Shown here: positions 37,231 through 51,113 of the stretch, one piece after another
Numbering within the stretch: the stretch's first letter is position 1
Layout of the letters: the number at the start of each line of letters is the position of its first letter
Assembly: GCA_024679065.1 (NCBI GenBank)
Contig: JAGIQG010000008.1
Location: 82,770,001 to 82,834,000, forward strand
Reading direction: 5' to 3'
DNA: 64,000 bases
DNA from: Sphyrna mokarran
Lineage: Eukaryota
The notes under the pieces: model-generated
What the model saw: the letters and a program-made list of their open reading frames with translations, nothing else
Databases searched by the model: none
Told to the model about the DNA's origin: nothing
Program-made: the position numbers and the translations under genes

Positions 37231-38900
37231 TCAATTTCTGTACTGCCAAACTACAATACATGTCCTATGCAGCTGCAATTATCGTTCACTTCACATCAAA
37301 GAGCTTTATAAGAGGCAATGCTGAACTCTAAGAAATAAAAGGCCTGATGGAAAAAGAGACAAGATTCATCTAGAAGAGGCATGCTTTTTAGGACAGTTAA
37401 TAAGATTAGCAGAGATGTATCTAAGTAAACTGGTACAGAAGGTTGCCCAGACGTGATGGTTTAAAGGCCAGTCTGCAACTGTAATGCACAACAGGTGAGG
37501 ATTGCCATCTGTATCAACTGAATTTAAGTTCATACAGGTGGAGGGCATATATTGGATTGTTACTTAAGCATATATAAAGAGAGGGACATACAAAACTGGA
37601 GTTGAGTCAAGAGATACATACCTGCATTGTTTCACCCTGTGAATATATCTATTCCATGTGAAGACTGGCTTTGGATTCTTTCTTCACCAGCTGGCCAACA
37701 GGACTATAACAAGGGCAAACCATATCTTGAGTCAGCATCCACTGGATCTTAAAGTCCTGCTCCAAAAATGCAACCTCAGCCAGTGGTGGTGGTGGATGCA
37801 AAGCTGGGAGAAATTCTCCATAGAGAGTTGGCAGAGTAATTCAAAATGAGGATCAGCGTTTCTGAAGTCAATTTGCAGAACCACAGAAAACAAGTGGATT
37901 TGGGGTAGTTGGAAGTTGTGTGTCTGGGATTACGTGCTGGAGACACTGATGCTACAGAGTTTAAGTTTATAGCCAAACCAATCGTCAAATAAATGAGCTT
38001 ATTCTACCACGAGACAAAGTCTACAAGTCATAAGAGAATTTATGTCACAATGAGGAGAATTTTAATAATCTCTTGAAAGCTGGTTTGGAAGCATGGGAGC
38101 AAGGATAAAATAAGAAAAATATTCTCTGCAGGTTCCCCAATGTTTAGCAAGATGATGAAATGTTTTTATCCAATGAAATTTACACATTCGTGAGTGTGAT
38201 AAAGATACTTTTATAATGGATAAAGGTGCTTATGTTTCAACACAGCACTGGAAAAGATTTCTCCTTTCCATATGCGATGTTCACTATGTCTAAAGATGTG
38301 CAGTGGCTACTACTGAGTATCATGAATATTGAATAATTGTTTTCCTTTGCAATTGTACAAAGGTAACAAGCATGCTGTGATGGATCGGTAGATCGCTAAT
38401 TTTATTTTTTCCATCAATGCAATACTCATTACTACTCTCTCTATGATTATAATGTTTAAAAGCAACCCTCACAGCCAAATCAGAAAAATAACTGCACTAG
38501 TTGATCTAATTCTCAATTTAGTCAGTATAAAAGTTTAAGCAGAATAAATGCCCATAACGAAGAGAATGAGAACATAACATTGAAAATTTTGACAGCTATG
38601 TTAGGAGAAACTGATAAGTTGCCTGCTTGGTAGAATCATTTATTTTGTAAACTAACCACAGGACGAAGTTCTGAATTAACAAGAGAAAAAGAAACATTGG
38701 TATTTATACAACACCTTAATACTGTTAGAAAGTTTTTCCATTCTTTACATGCAGCAAGTAACAACAAAAAATATTCTATGTAATTATATATGGTGCATAA
38801 TGTGAATCTCAAATTAATAGACTAAATTATGAATTCTGTATAATGTAAAATGATTGTAATTATGCTGTGCAATATAGTTGTTGATAGTCCAGAGCTCAAA

Positions 38901-39276
38901 TATTGCTGAAAAAAAAGATACTTTGTCAAAGCTTTCTGTCTTGCAGTCATCAGAACAATCGCAACAATGTCAACGTCAGGGGTAATAAGTTTATATTCTA
39001 AAAGAAAGTGTTACTTGATTGTTAAATGGACTCTGGTAGGTAGAGGTCATGGACAATGCATTAGTTAATGGTCAAGCACTGTTTGAAAATTTAAATCAGA
39101 CAGTTTGGCTCTGATTAGTCAAAGCATTGTTTGAAGTAATGAACCAGTGAATGGCTATCATTTTTTTTTAAACTGAATCAGGCATAAACGAGAGTTGTTG
39201 GCATTTGTCCTGACGTTGGTATTCTTGCAATTGTCCTATTGAATATAAGCTTTAACAAATTTTTTCTTCAGCAATA
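38901..39276. mobile_element. Palindromic Penelope-like terminal element (same family as 36926-37230)
   Basis: tattgctgaaaaaaaagatactttgtcaaagctt ... aagctttaacaaattttttcttcagcaata, with a minus-strand CTGATGA in the left arm. Confidence 0.72.
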
Positions 39277-40904
39277 TATTGCATCAAATCTCCTCACATA
39301 TTCAAATTAAATTCCACATTGAACTCTGCGCAGGGTAACATTGTGCATACATAATATTTAACTAATCGAATTCATTACTGGCTTTTAATGCCTAGAAATC
39401 TATTGATGGAAGCTATCATAACAGAATTAGACCACGCATGAATATTTTTGCCTTTTAATTATTTTATACCTTTGCATCCACCTTCAGGATTTCTGCTTCT
39501 CAAACAACTAGTAAAGTAGAAAATTAACTTTTTTTTAACCACTAGTTTTCCATTATATTCTTCTAAAGAAAATGATTCCTTGCTGGGACATAGTTCCAGA
39601 GGGATAGGCCAGCCATCTCCTACCTCAACCAAGTGGTCACCCTCCCTAAGTGAGTTCAGTGTGTAAACATCAGTCAGCTATATGATAAAAAAAATTCTAA
39701 TGTTAGATATATCTTTGCGTGCTGTTTCTTCCTTTTGCTCATGCCAGCCAATTACCACAATAGATTTGTTCAGAAGTTTTTCCACTGCCTTGCCAACATG
39801 ATGCTTTACACCTTTTAACAATTTCTTTAAGCAGATTCCATGCGGATCGCATTTTTCTTTGATTGGAGTTTTTGTTGTTTGCCCTTTTTTTTTCTACTTT
39901 TACTAAACTTTTTGTAGAACTGTCAGTTTTTGATACTGAGAAAAGGTTGTCCTCAAGCTTTATCTTGCATTTTCTTTTCACAGTTATTGACTGGCCAGCT
40001 ATTTACTTCTAGGATTTTCTGTTTTTGTTTCAGATTTCTAGCACTTTACTTATTATCACTTGTTATCCGTAGTTATTGTCACTGAAACGAATGGTGATTC
40101 GTGGTTGTAGGTTGATGGGTTTCCAACTTAAATGGACATTTCAGTTGCATCAGTTTTCCACCCCAAATGATACTTAGACATATTCTGGGAAAATTCTGCC
40201 CAATGTCTTCTGAATTGAAATGCACATCTTATTCATTGTACCGACAGAATAACATAATATAAAAGCGCAAAGACCCGTAAGCCTAAGATGTGTCACCTAT
40301 AATTAGTTACCTACATCCTATGGAACCATCAATTTATGCTGTGTGTGCATTTTGTAAGGATTATGTTACTCATTTTTAAAGAACAACTAAATGCTGCATT
40401 GAATGCAGTAAAGCTTTGCCATCTGTAGAATTAAACTGACCGACTTTAATCATATTCCCAAGCCACCTGTGTCAGACAAATGGACATTCGCCCGACGAAG
40501 GCACAAACGCCAAAAGCTAGCAAGTTTACTATCAAATAAATTGGTTGGATTTAAAATTGGTGTTGTCAGACCTCTTACTGAGTTTACCCCAGTCCAACGC
40601 CAGCATCTCTACATCAAGACAAATGGACTATACAGAACTTCACTTGCAAGACCAGCTAAGTATTGGAGAAAATGCACAATAAATAACATGACATTCCAAT
40701 GCTTGAGAAAATGTCTTCGCTCCTCAATAACTTCTCAATAAAGACAGTCACTCCTCCAATTGTGATGCTGAATTTTATAGTCCAGAAAGGCAGTTGGTAA
40801 AGGATGGTACTGAAGTCAGTGTCATATTTATTTATAGAACGAAACATTATAAGCACATTCCTTCTAACTAAGCAGTAAGTTTCAGTAAGTCTCTTTTTAT
40901 ATGA

Positions 40905-41825
40905 CATAGAGGTATATAGTACAAAAAAAAAAGACCTTTTGGCCCATTCTATTTGTGGCAGTCAAAGATAAAGCATATAATTATTCTCATCCCATTTTCT
41001 AGCACTTGGCCACAGCCTTATATGCCTTACATCGCAAGTACACATCTAAATACTTCTCAAATGTTGTGGAGGTCTCTGCCTTCACCACTCTTTCAAGAAG
41101 TGAGTTTCAGACTCCCACCATGCTATTGGTGAAAAGTTTTTCCTCACATCCTGTCCAAACCTTCTGCCTTTTACCTTAAATCTATAATTTCTAGTCATTG
41201 ATCCCTCAAGTTCCTTCCTGCCTACCTTGTTTATGCCCTTCTTAATTTTATATATTTCAATTAGATTCCCCCTCCACCCGTCTTCTCTGCTCCACTGAAA
41301 ACAAAGTAAGAAGTCTCACAGCATCAAATTTAAGTCCAACAGGTTTATTTGGTAGCAAACACCACTCAATCATGACATCAATGAAAACAATCCAGTCTAT
41401 CCCATCTCTCTTCATAACTAAAACTCCAGTCCAGACAACATCCTGCTAAATTTCCTTTTCACTCTATCTCTCCTATTATGCTGATCCTAGAACTGCACAC
41501 AATACACTAGCTGTGGTCTAACCAACATTTTATATATTCTAGCAAAACCTTCTTGCTCTTAAACTCTATGCCTCAGGTAATAAAGGCAAATAAACATGCC
41601 GTTTTAATCAGTTTATCTATCTGTCTTGCTATCTTAAGGGACCAGCGTACGTGCACAAAAAGATCCTTCTGATCCTTAGTGCTTCTCAGGTTCCTGCCAT
41701 TCACCATGTATTCCCTTGCCTTGTTTGTCCCATCCAAATTCACCACCTCATATTTATTTGGATTGAATTCCATTTGCCACTGATCAGCCCATCTGACCAG
41801 CCCGCCTATATCCTCTTGTAATCAT
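40905..41825 (-). mobile_element. CR1 LINE 3' region
   Basis: MEFNPNKYEVVNLDGTNKAREYMVNGRNLRSTKDQKDLFVHV (cf. CR1 WQMxFNxxKCEVxH), plus 3' tail. Confidence 0.88.
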
Positions 41826-42885
41826 ATGCTCAAGGAAAAAACCCATTAATTCCATCATCTGTATATAACTAAACACAATTGGTATGTTAACACTGATGCT
41901 TATTTACCTCCCTAACAATTCAGCACAAACTGAGAATTAAAACTGGATTTTTTTTCCTCCTAACCTCTGTGTGTCTCATTTCCACATCAATATTGGAGTT
42001 ATCAATTGAGCCAATCTGTTAATTAAATTTAAGCAATGAATCAATCCTGAATTTTTTGCTTAAAATTTGTTAATTTTTGGTTAACAAAATTACTTGTGGC
42101 TGTTGGATTAAGGCTTTTTTTTAATCTAAAGGTAAGCAGAACATTTGATAAGAGCAGCAACACCACAGCTACTAAAATAATATATTCAGGAAGCCTCCAA
42201 TTAGCCTCAGAACACAATAGTTTGTACAAACCTGCAGCTGTAATGGAAATGGAAAGTGTTATCCAATCACTTTTGCCTTAAGATATCCCCCATTTCAAGC
42301 ACATTTCTTGTTGCCTTATGTAAGAAATTACATTTACTGAAGCATTGAGCAAAAGTTGGAATCTTTTCAGTTCTGATTTTATTAACAGTGGAAAGAGTTA
42401 GGCAAGCTGAAGTGAGGAGAAAAATCCTAGGACTAATTCAATCATTATACAGAGTAAATGAGACATTCAGCACAATTAGTTTCCAGAATAAGAACTCAGA
42501 TGCTATCAAATGCCATGGATAAATACTGTACTCTCATACAACAAAACTGTGGTACTGAATCACAGAAACCAAAGTGGCCACAGATTTGACTCCTTTACTG
42601 CGTTAACTGAGCTTAGATAGACTAATAATAAAGGCAAAGAAAATGATATCAGTGCCTGATGTCTATGGAGTGTCAAGGAAAAGAAATCAGAGATTTAAGC
42701 TGAAAAAACTAGATTTCTGAACATTGGATGCAAACAGGATTGTGATGTCGCTTCCATGGGTGAATAGCCTGCAGATAGTTATTGTCTGGGCTAACGCATG
42801 AATTAACCATTTCAGTGAGATGCTGAAGGGCTACTGACAGCTGTTGAATAACATCCTAGTGAAAAATGAGTGAGGAGATATTATA

Positions 42886-43208
42886 AATCATAGAATCCCT
42901 ACAGTGCAGAAAGAGGCCATTTGGCCCATCGATTCTGTACCAATCACAATCCCACCTAGGCCGTATCCCCATGACCCCATGCATTTACCCTAACTAGTCC
43001 TCAGCCACTAAGGGACAATTTAGTATTGCCAATCCACCTAACCTGCACATTTTTGAAGTGTGGAAGGAAACTGGAGCAACCGGAGGAAACCCACACAGGA
43101 CAGAGGAGAATGTGCAAACTCCACACAGGCAGTGACCCAAGCCAGGAATCGAACCTGAGTCCCTGGCACAGTGATTCAGCAGTGCTAACCACTGTGCTGC
43201 ACCGTACC
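42886..43208 (-). mobile_element. Full-length HE1-type V-SINE
   Basis: Complete head, V-domain and CR1-type tail (catagaatccctacagtgcaga) in reverse orientation. Confidence 0.92.
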
Positions 43209-43379
43209 ATGAATATCCATACATATTTGAAAAAAACAATAGAAGTAGCGCTGAAAGTCAGGCAGACAGCAGTGGAATTCCCATCTTCAATAATTAAGAT
43301 AATTTTAATTCAGGAACTTTAGACCAGTTAACTAAAAGTCAGGAGGCAGTAAGATATTAGAAACCTTGCTAAAATCAGA

Positions 43380-44760
43380 TCAGGTAACAAAAGTCAGAAT
43401 AAATTGAAAGACCAACTTCCTTGAACTTTTTGAAGAAATTACAGAAGGAGTACTCAAGCAAAATACAATCGTAAGGGAAATGCAATTATTGTCATTTCAT
43501 TCATAAACAAGCAAAACAAGACACTTATAATGGTAGGCAAAAATAATGGTGTCAGAAAATGCAGGTGATACCAAGGTGATAGGTAATAGGTAAGATTGCA
43601 CCAAAATACAGGAAGACGTCAACAGATTTGCAGTAATCATATATGATGAACAACAGAGCCAGGCATGAGGTGGTTCCTTTTGGTAAGGAAAATAAGAGGT
43701 GCACCTACTCATTAGAACATAAGGAACTAAATGGGGTAAAATAGCAAAGAGGTTTGGATCATGCAGAGCACATTTGGGCCAAATGCAGTTTTCTGTGTTG
43801 CAAATTCCAAGAATATGTTACATGAATCAATTAAGTAGCAACATGAATAAATGAGGTCATGAAGACTGCAAACAAAATATCTGGGTTCATTTGTAGAGGT
43901 AACATTAAAATTATGAAGGCCTTAGTTAGATCCCACTGGGGAGTTCTATTATCAGTTCTGGCCTTCATACTTTAAGAAGGATACTGAAATAATGGAAAAA
44001 CATTGTCAGAATTGAAAGAGTACAACTCTCAGAAATAAGAAGAAATTGGCTCTTTTCTGTGGAAGAGAGAAGATTATGAGATAGACGTCCTTAAGATTAT
44101 GAAGAGGTCTTTAAAATTACTGAATAATAGAATCCCTACAGTGCATAAGAAGGCCATTTAGCCTATTGAGTCTGCACCAACAACAATCCAAACCTAGGCT
44201 CTGTTCCTGTAAGTCCATGTATTTACACTGCTAATCCCATGACACTAAGGAGCAATTTAGCATGTCCAATCCACCTAACCTGCACAACTTTGGTGTGGGA
44301 GGAAACCAGAGCATACAGAAGAAATCCATGCAGACACAGGAAGAATGTGCAAACTCCATACAGACAATTATCCGAGGATAGACTTGAATCCGACTCCCTC
44401 ATGCTGTGAGGCATCAGTGATAACCACTGTGCCGCCTTATGAAGTAATCCAGTAAGACAAATATGAACTAATTGTATCCACTTGTGGGTGTGTTCAGGAA
44501 ATCATACACGTAAGATCGTAAGTGTAATCATGAAATGTAGCAGGTGAAGTAAAGAATTTGGGAGGAATTTCATTATGTAGAGAGGTATGAGAATGGAAAT
44601 TGCTGACACATTGTTTAAAATAGACAGTGACACATTTAAGACAAGTTCATACATGCACGAGGGAGAATTGAACAGTAGGACTTGGGAAATGAAGGCTGGG
44701 AAAGGAAGTGAATGAGGGAGGCTTGTGTAAAGCATAAACACTATCATTGACCAGTTCAAC
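43380..44760 (+). mobile_element. Heavily decayed CR1 LINE, interrupted by a SINE
   Basis: accaacttccttgaactttttgaagaaattaca (TNLLEFFEEIT-like) and cagttctggccttcatactttaagaaggatac (QFWxxYFKKD-like). Confidence 0.65.
44126..44436 (-). mobile_element. HE1-type V-SINE
   Basis: Reverse-oriented tail, V-domain and head. Confidence 0.9.
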
Positions 44761-45249
44761 CTGTACAGTCAACATTATTCCCAATGTCTCAGTTCTATTC
44801 TGTTCATTCTGAATCTTAATCCATCCTTCCTGGTTACAAGAGTGCAGAATAACTACGTGTTCAGTGCAGCATCAAATACATACAAATTCCCATTATATCA
44901 AACAACAACCAGAAACAGTGCTAAAAGACAGAAGCAAAACTGAGATTGCTCGGTAGGTTACAGCAATCAGCATGGACTGAATTGTAAGAAATGTCTTAAT
45001 CCAAGGCTAATCCCTTTGGTTTTTCTGATAAAAATATTCTAATAAAGCAAACTCTACCTAATTGAATACCTGACAATAGATGGAATCCCAAGTCACATTT
45101 TATATCTCCCACTTCTAAACCATTGTAGACATTTCATGATTTTTTTTGACCTTTGATATTAAATTGCACATTAATCTATTAACTCCTGCTTTTGATATTT
45201 TCAGCTCCACAATACACATCTTTTGTTTCTTTTACTGTCCTATTGTCAC

Positions 45250-47655
45250 TCCTTTTGCCTTCCACCTTTTTATGAGGTGTTGCATTTTGGGACGACAAAC
45301 CAGGGCAAGATTTATACATTTAATGGTGGGGCTCTGGGAAGTGTTGTCGAACATTGAGACCTAGGGGCGCGGATACATATTTCCTTGAAAGTGGCATGTG
45401 ACGGGAAGACACAGTGTGAAAAAGGTGTTTGGCACATGTGCCTTCATTGGTTAGAGCACTGAGTACAGGATTTGAAACATAATGTTACAACTATAGGTAA
45501 GGCTATATTTAGAGCACTGCATACAATTCTGCTCACCCTGCTATAGGAATGATGTTATTAAACTGGAAATGGTGCAAAAAAGAGTTTAAAGGACGCTATC
45601 GAGATTGGAAGGTTTATATTATAAGGAGAGGCTTCATAACTGATCTTTTTTCTGGAATGCAGGAGGATGAGGGATGTCCTTATAGAGCTCTATAAAATCA
45701 CAAGAGGCATAAGGTGAATAGCCAAGCTCTTTTCCCTAGGATAGGGGAGTCCAAAACTAAAGGGTATATAAAGATTTAAAAGGGATCTGAGGGGCATTTT
45801 TTTCAAACAAGAAGGTAGTGCATATATGGAATATACCAGAGGAAGTGGTGGAGGCAGGTAACTTAAAATTGATCAGGTATCAGGATTGGATGCGATGCAG
45901 CCAAAAATATTGAAGTAACCGAGAGTGGAAATTGCAGTGGCACTTGTCATAATCTTTCAGTGTTTCCAGGACTCAGGGTGCCAGATGATTGGAGAATTGC
46001 AAACATTATACCCTTGTTGCATGGGTGGCATGATGGCACAGTGGTTAGCACTGCTGTTTCACAGTTCCAGGTACCTGGGTTTGATTCTTGGCTTGAGTCA
46101 CTGTCTGTGTAGAGTTTGCACCTTCTCCTCATGTCTGCGTGGGCTTCCACCAGGTGCTCCGGTTTCCTCCCACAGTCCAAAGATGTGTAGATTAGGTTGA
46201 TTGGCCATGTTAAAATTGCCCTTTACTGTCCTAAGATGTGTAGGTTAGAGGAATTAGCGGTAAATATGTAGGAATTTGGGGGGAAGGCTTGGGTGGGACT
46301 GTGGTCAGTGCAGACTCAATGGGCCTGATGGCCTCTTTCTGCAATGTAGGGATTCTGTGATTCTTGTTCAAAAAGGTTGTGAGGATCAGTCCAGAAATTA
46401 CATACCACTCAGTTTAAATTTGTTGGGCAGGGGGGGTGGAATTCTAAATCAATTATTTTGGATAGATAGTAGTCCCATGGAAAAATGTGGGTTGATTAGG
46501 AAGAACAAGTATGGATAACGAAAAGGGAAATCGTGTTAAACTAACTTGCTGGAGTCTTTTTTGAAGAAGTAACGGAAAGGTTGATGAGCGTAATGCTGCT
46601 GATATGGTATATATGGACTTTCAAAAGGCGATCCATGCAATGTCAAACAACAGACTTGTAAGGAAAGTTATAGCTCATAGAATAAAAGGGACAGTAGCAA
46701 CATGGATACTAAGTTGGCTGAATAATAGGAAGCAGCAAGTAACAATTAATGAGGTACTTGGACCCTTGTTTTTCATGATATACATTAATGATCTAAATCT
46801 TGCTATGCAGGGTCTAATTTCAAAATTTGCAAATGACTCAGAATTTGGAAGCATTGTAAATTGAGAATTGGACAGCACATAGACAAGTTGGTGGAATGGG
46901 CAGATAGGTGATATTCAATGTGGAGAAAGGTAAGGTGATGCACTTTGGTACGAAGAACATGAACAAATAAAATTAGGGATACAATTCTTAAAGGGGCACA
47001 GGAACAGAGGAATCTGGGTGTATATGTGCATACACTATTGAAGGTAGCAGGACAGATGGAGACATTAGTTGATAAAGCATACAGTACCATGGCCTTTATT
47101 AATAGAGGCATAAAGTGCAAAAGCAAGGAAGTTATGCTGATGTTATACAAAACTCTAGTTAGACATCAACTGTAATATTGCTTACAGTTCTGGATGCCAC
47201 ACTATAAGAAGAATGTAAATGTATTGGAGACAGTGCATGAGAGGTTTACAAGAACGGTTCCAGGGATGGGACTGTTCTCCTTAGAGAGAAGGCTGAGAGG
47301 AGATCTGATAGACGTTGAAAATCATGAAGGGGTTGAACAGAGTAGACTGGGAGAAATTGCTCCCGCTTGTAAAATGATTGAGAATAAGAAAGCAGAGTTT
47401 TAAAGTGATTTGCAAAAGAAACAAATGTAATGTGAGAAAAACATTTCACACAGCAAGTGGTTTGGGTCTAAAATGAACTGCCTAGAAGTGTAGGGGAGGC
47501 TGGTTCAGTCAAAGCATTCAAAAGAGCATTAGAAATAATGTGTAGGTATACGAGGAAAAGGAAAGAGAATGGCATGAAGTCATAATGCTCATTTGGAGAG
47601 CTGATGCAGACATGGTGCAGGCCAAATAGCCTGCTTCTGCATTGTAACAATTTGT
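45250..47655 (+). mobile_element. Two tandem CR1 LINE fragments (RT and 3' end)
   Basis: WRIANIIPLFKK, VYMDFQKAIHAM...WILSWLNNRKQQVTIN...VLGPLFFMIYINDL...ISKFANDS (FADD decayed), and [21 protein letters not shown]. Confidence 0.9.
46023..46362 (+). mobile_element. Full-length HE1-type V-SINE inserted in CR1 RT
   Basis: gggtggcatgatggcacagtggttagcactgctg...gtagggattctgtgatt, with cttgtt duplicated on both sides. Confidence 0.92.
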
Positions 47656-48469
47656 TCTTCCCTTCTCCTGACCCTATTGCATTCTGATGAACAGTGATCA
47701 ACCTGAACTCTGTTTGCTTTGAGCGGAATTTTCCAATCCTGTCTACCACCAGGATTATTCAGTACACACCAAAAGATAATGGATTTTGAGCTGAGCCGTA
47801 AAATCTTCTATGGCAAATCTCAACACAACAGGGCTGGAAAGGCCTCGCCACTTTTTTCTCTCTACAGATGCTATCTGATCTGCTGAGTATTTCCAGCATT
47901 TTCATTCCTTATTTCTGATTTTCAGCATCTGTGTAATTTTCGTTTCAGTGCTGGGTATAGTTTAATACAAGGGTCAAGCGTAATACTAGAACATGATTGA
48001 AGCTGGACATTCTAATCATTCAGCAACCTACAAGAGCAAGGTCTACTTGTTTGTGTACATATGCAGACCGAGGGGCTTATATATCATTTCTTATATATAT
48101 GTCCTTTATGATTTTCAGATATTAATATTTCACTTTGAGTTTGCAAATCAGACACTCTGAATGGAATAGCAGTGCCACAACAGGGTGGGCACAGTAGTTC
48201 AGATAACATGCATTCCCCAACACACTGCATAGTAATTGAATCAGTGCAAATGAGGACATTCAGCCCATCATGTCTATGCTGCTGGTAATTCCAGTCAGAG
48301 TGATCTAAACTAAGTGAGAGGATGAGAGAGTATCAGAGTGGAGTTGGAAAAAAACAATACTCTATATAAAGTTCAGCCACTAATATATTTTGCAATAGGT
48401 TATCAACTTGCAGCAAAATACCTCAAACGGAAAACAGTCACGCGATTCTGGAAAGAACTCAGTGGATGT

Positions 48470-49010
48470 AATGTCCCTATTCTAGAAAGGAAGCATGAAC
48501 TAAAGGCCAGTTAGCTTATCATCTGCATTGGGAAAATGGTGAAAACATTATTAATTAAGTTAATATAGTATTTTAGCAAAACCATAGTACCAGGAAAGAG
48601 AATCAATGTGGTTTTATGAAAAGACAACCATGTTTGACAAATTTATCAGCATTCTTTGAGGGTGTAACAGTAGGGTGGATAAAGGGAAACAGCAGATGTA
48701 GCTCATATGGATTTCCAAAAGACATTTGATAAGTGCGACATAAAAGATTATTGCACAAGATCATGGTATTTGGGGTTAATATGAAACTGGCTAACTAACA
48801 GGAAACAGAGTCAATTGTGACTATATCTGTACATTGTGTACAGTTTAGTTGTCTTATCTAAGGAAGAATATTCTTGGTTTCGAGGCAGTTCAAGCAAGTT
48901 TCTCTAAGTTAATTCTTCTGATGAAAAGGATTGTCATATGAGGAAGGATTAATAAGATTAGGTCATTACCCACTGGAGTTTAGAAAAATGAGAGAAACAT
49001 TCAAGATTTT
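48470..49010 (+). mobile_element. CR1 LINE RT remnant
   Basis: aggccagttagctta, catgtttgacaaattta, gatttccaaaagacatttgataag (DFQKTFDK) and SYEEGLIRLGHYPLEFRKMR. Confidence 0.8.
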
Positions 49011-49199
49011 GAGTGCAATAATTCCAGCAAGGCCAGTCTTCAATCACCAAAGGCCATTTAATGATAACACAAGAAAGAGCCACACCAGCTGCTTGCAGCA
49101 AGCATGTGCCCTTTGTGGCCATCATAACAGCCCTTCCCCTTAGGTCCTTTTCTCCCCTATGAACTCCCCCCACCCACAGGAAATTTCTTTCCATCACCT

Positions 49200-50800
49200 G
49201 CAGCCAGTCTGTCAAAGTTGGGTCTAGATCTGGCAGTATGAACTGAATAAGGGATCTTGAAGTCTGGAGGGAAGATATCAGAATTACTGCTGCGGGCTCC
49301 ACTTCAGCTGGGATGCCAGCTTCCTCTGCTTCCATCTCAGAGTCTGTAGTCTCATTGGAAGACTTCAAGTTGGAGATTGCTACCTCCATAGCCAATAGTA
49401 AGACCTCTTTGGGAGTGGACTCCCTGCCCCTGAGATGGTCCTGATGTTTCTTTACGATTTTGCCCTGGACTTTAGCCTTGTAAGGTAATGGCCCTTTTTT
49501 CTCCATAGTAATCCAAGGGAACCAACTAGGATCACCTCTGAAGATCCTTATGGGAACCTGGTCACCTGTTTTAAAAATTCTTTCTGCCCATGCAGAATTG
49601 TGATTTTTTTTTTCTGGTTTTCTTGTTGGGACTCCACCCTTCCTGCCAGATTTGGGAACAGTACAAATGTACAAAGCTGCCGTCCCATTAACAGTTTCAC
49701 TGGGGCAAACCCTGTTGTGTGAGGTATGGTCCTAGAGTCAAACAAAAATCAGGTCAATTTGGTCTCTCTGATGCTACCAATTGTTTCTTCATGCTGTTTT
49801 TAAAGGTTATAGCACCTGTTCTGCCAGTTTATTTTAGGATAGGTGATAAGGTGCTGTTTGGATGTGTTGGACACCATTAAAATGTCATGCTGTTGTTAGA
49901 AACCAGGATTTCTGGTATTCTGTGCATGCAAAAACTCTGTTGTAATTTCTTCATAGAAGCATGAGAAGTCATTGAGCCCATGTTGATGTACCTCCAGCCA
50001 CCTGGAGTGTGCACCTATCATGATTAAAAACATGGGACCCAAAGAGTGAAAGTTCTATGTGCATGTCTATTCCTAGCCTGCAAGGCCACACCGATGGAAG
50101 CAGGGAGGTTGAGGGTGGGAGTTTTTCATTCTCTTGGCATAAAGCATGCCACTTCCCAAGTCAATGATGTCTGAGTCAAGACCAGGCCACCAGTTGTAGC
50201 TCAAAGTCAGCATTTCCTTTTTTGACACTCCGGGATGCCATTATATAGTTCTGTTAGTATCAGACTCTGCCCTGGGTGAAGGACACTCCCCAAGAACCCC
50301 AAAGAATGATCATATTCTCATCACTGAGCTTGTCTTTTTTAACCAGATAGGGTTTCATTTCTTCTGAATGTTGGCCTCAGAATCCATTATGTAAGATCAT
50401 ATGCTTTATTTTAGACCACATTGGATCCTTTTTAGTTTAAGCCTTTATTTGTCCTACAGTCACCAGCAGAGACTCCAAAAAATTTAGGGTCATCATGACT
50501 TTTCCAATCTGGTAGAGGAGCCAGGCTTGTGAGCCATGAGAGGTGACTCAGCACGTCAGTGCTGGCTATCCAGATTCCAGGGCGGTGTTCTAGAAGGTAT
50601 TCAAGTGATGCAAATAACAAGGCCGAATGCTGTATTCAGGCGGAAGCAATATAGGAGGATTGACTTATCTTTCTTAAAAAGTCCAAATAAGAGTTTGTGA
50701 TCAGTAACCATTATGAAATATCTGCAATAGATGTATTGATGGAACTTTTTCACATCAAGTACAACAACCAACTCCTCTTTCTCAATCTGAGAATACATCC
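49200..50800 (-). mobile_element. Degenerate Gypsy RNaseH-integrase region
   Basis: YSQIEKEELVVVLDVKKFHQYIYCRYFIMVTDHKLLFGLF, RTIPHTTGFAPVKLLMGRQL and FKTGDQVPIRIFRGDPSWFPWITMEKKGPLPYK...KKHQDHLR. Confidence 0.9.
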
Positions 50801-50943
50801 GTGCAGCATTCCACCTCAGTCAGAAACTTTTTAATATTTGTGCTGCAGTATGTATCTGCCCCTCAACTAAAACTGTTGTATCACTTAGGCTCAAATAATA
50901 AGTACCATTAGCCTCTTGGTTATATTGACAAGGAAATATAAAA

Positions 50944-51113
50944 ACATAGAATCCCTACAGTGCAGAAAGTGACCATTCGACCCATTTACCCTGCACCAAT
51001 AACAGTCTCAGCCATGTCTTATCCCTGTAACCCTATGTATTTACCCTGCTCATCCCCTGACACTAAGGGGCTATTTTAGCATGACTAATCCACCTAACCT
51101 TCACATTTTGGAC
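50944..51113 (-). mobile_element. HE1-type SINE, 3' half
   Basis: catagaatccctacagtgcagaa...aatccacctaaccttcacattttggac. Confidence 0.85.

Noticed and set aside
42994-43322. Recurrent short ORFs such as WLALL...CLCGVCTFS and CGRKLEQPEETH at several loci, resembling a gene family
   Set aside because: They are translations of HE1-type SINE copies.
46023-46095. tRNA gene-like sequence with A and B boxes
   Set aside because: It is the tRNA-derived head of a SINE, followed directly by the V-domain, with no complete cloverleaf.
48958-49674. Longest ORF (238 aa) as a novel gene
   Set aside because: It is the C-terminal tail of a Gypsy integrase running on into MITE-like and CR1 sequence.
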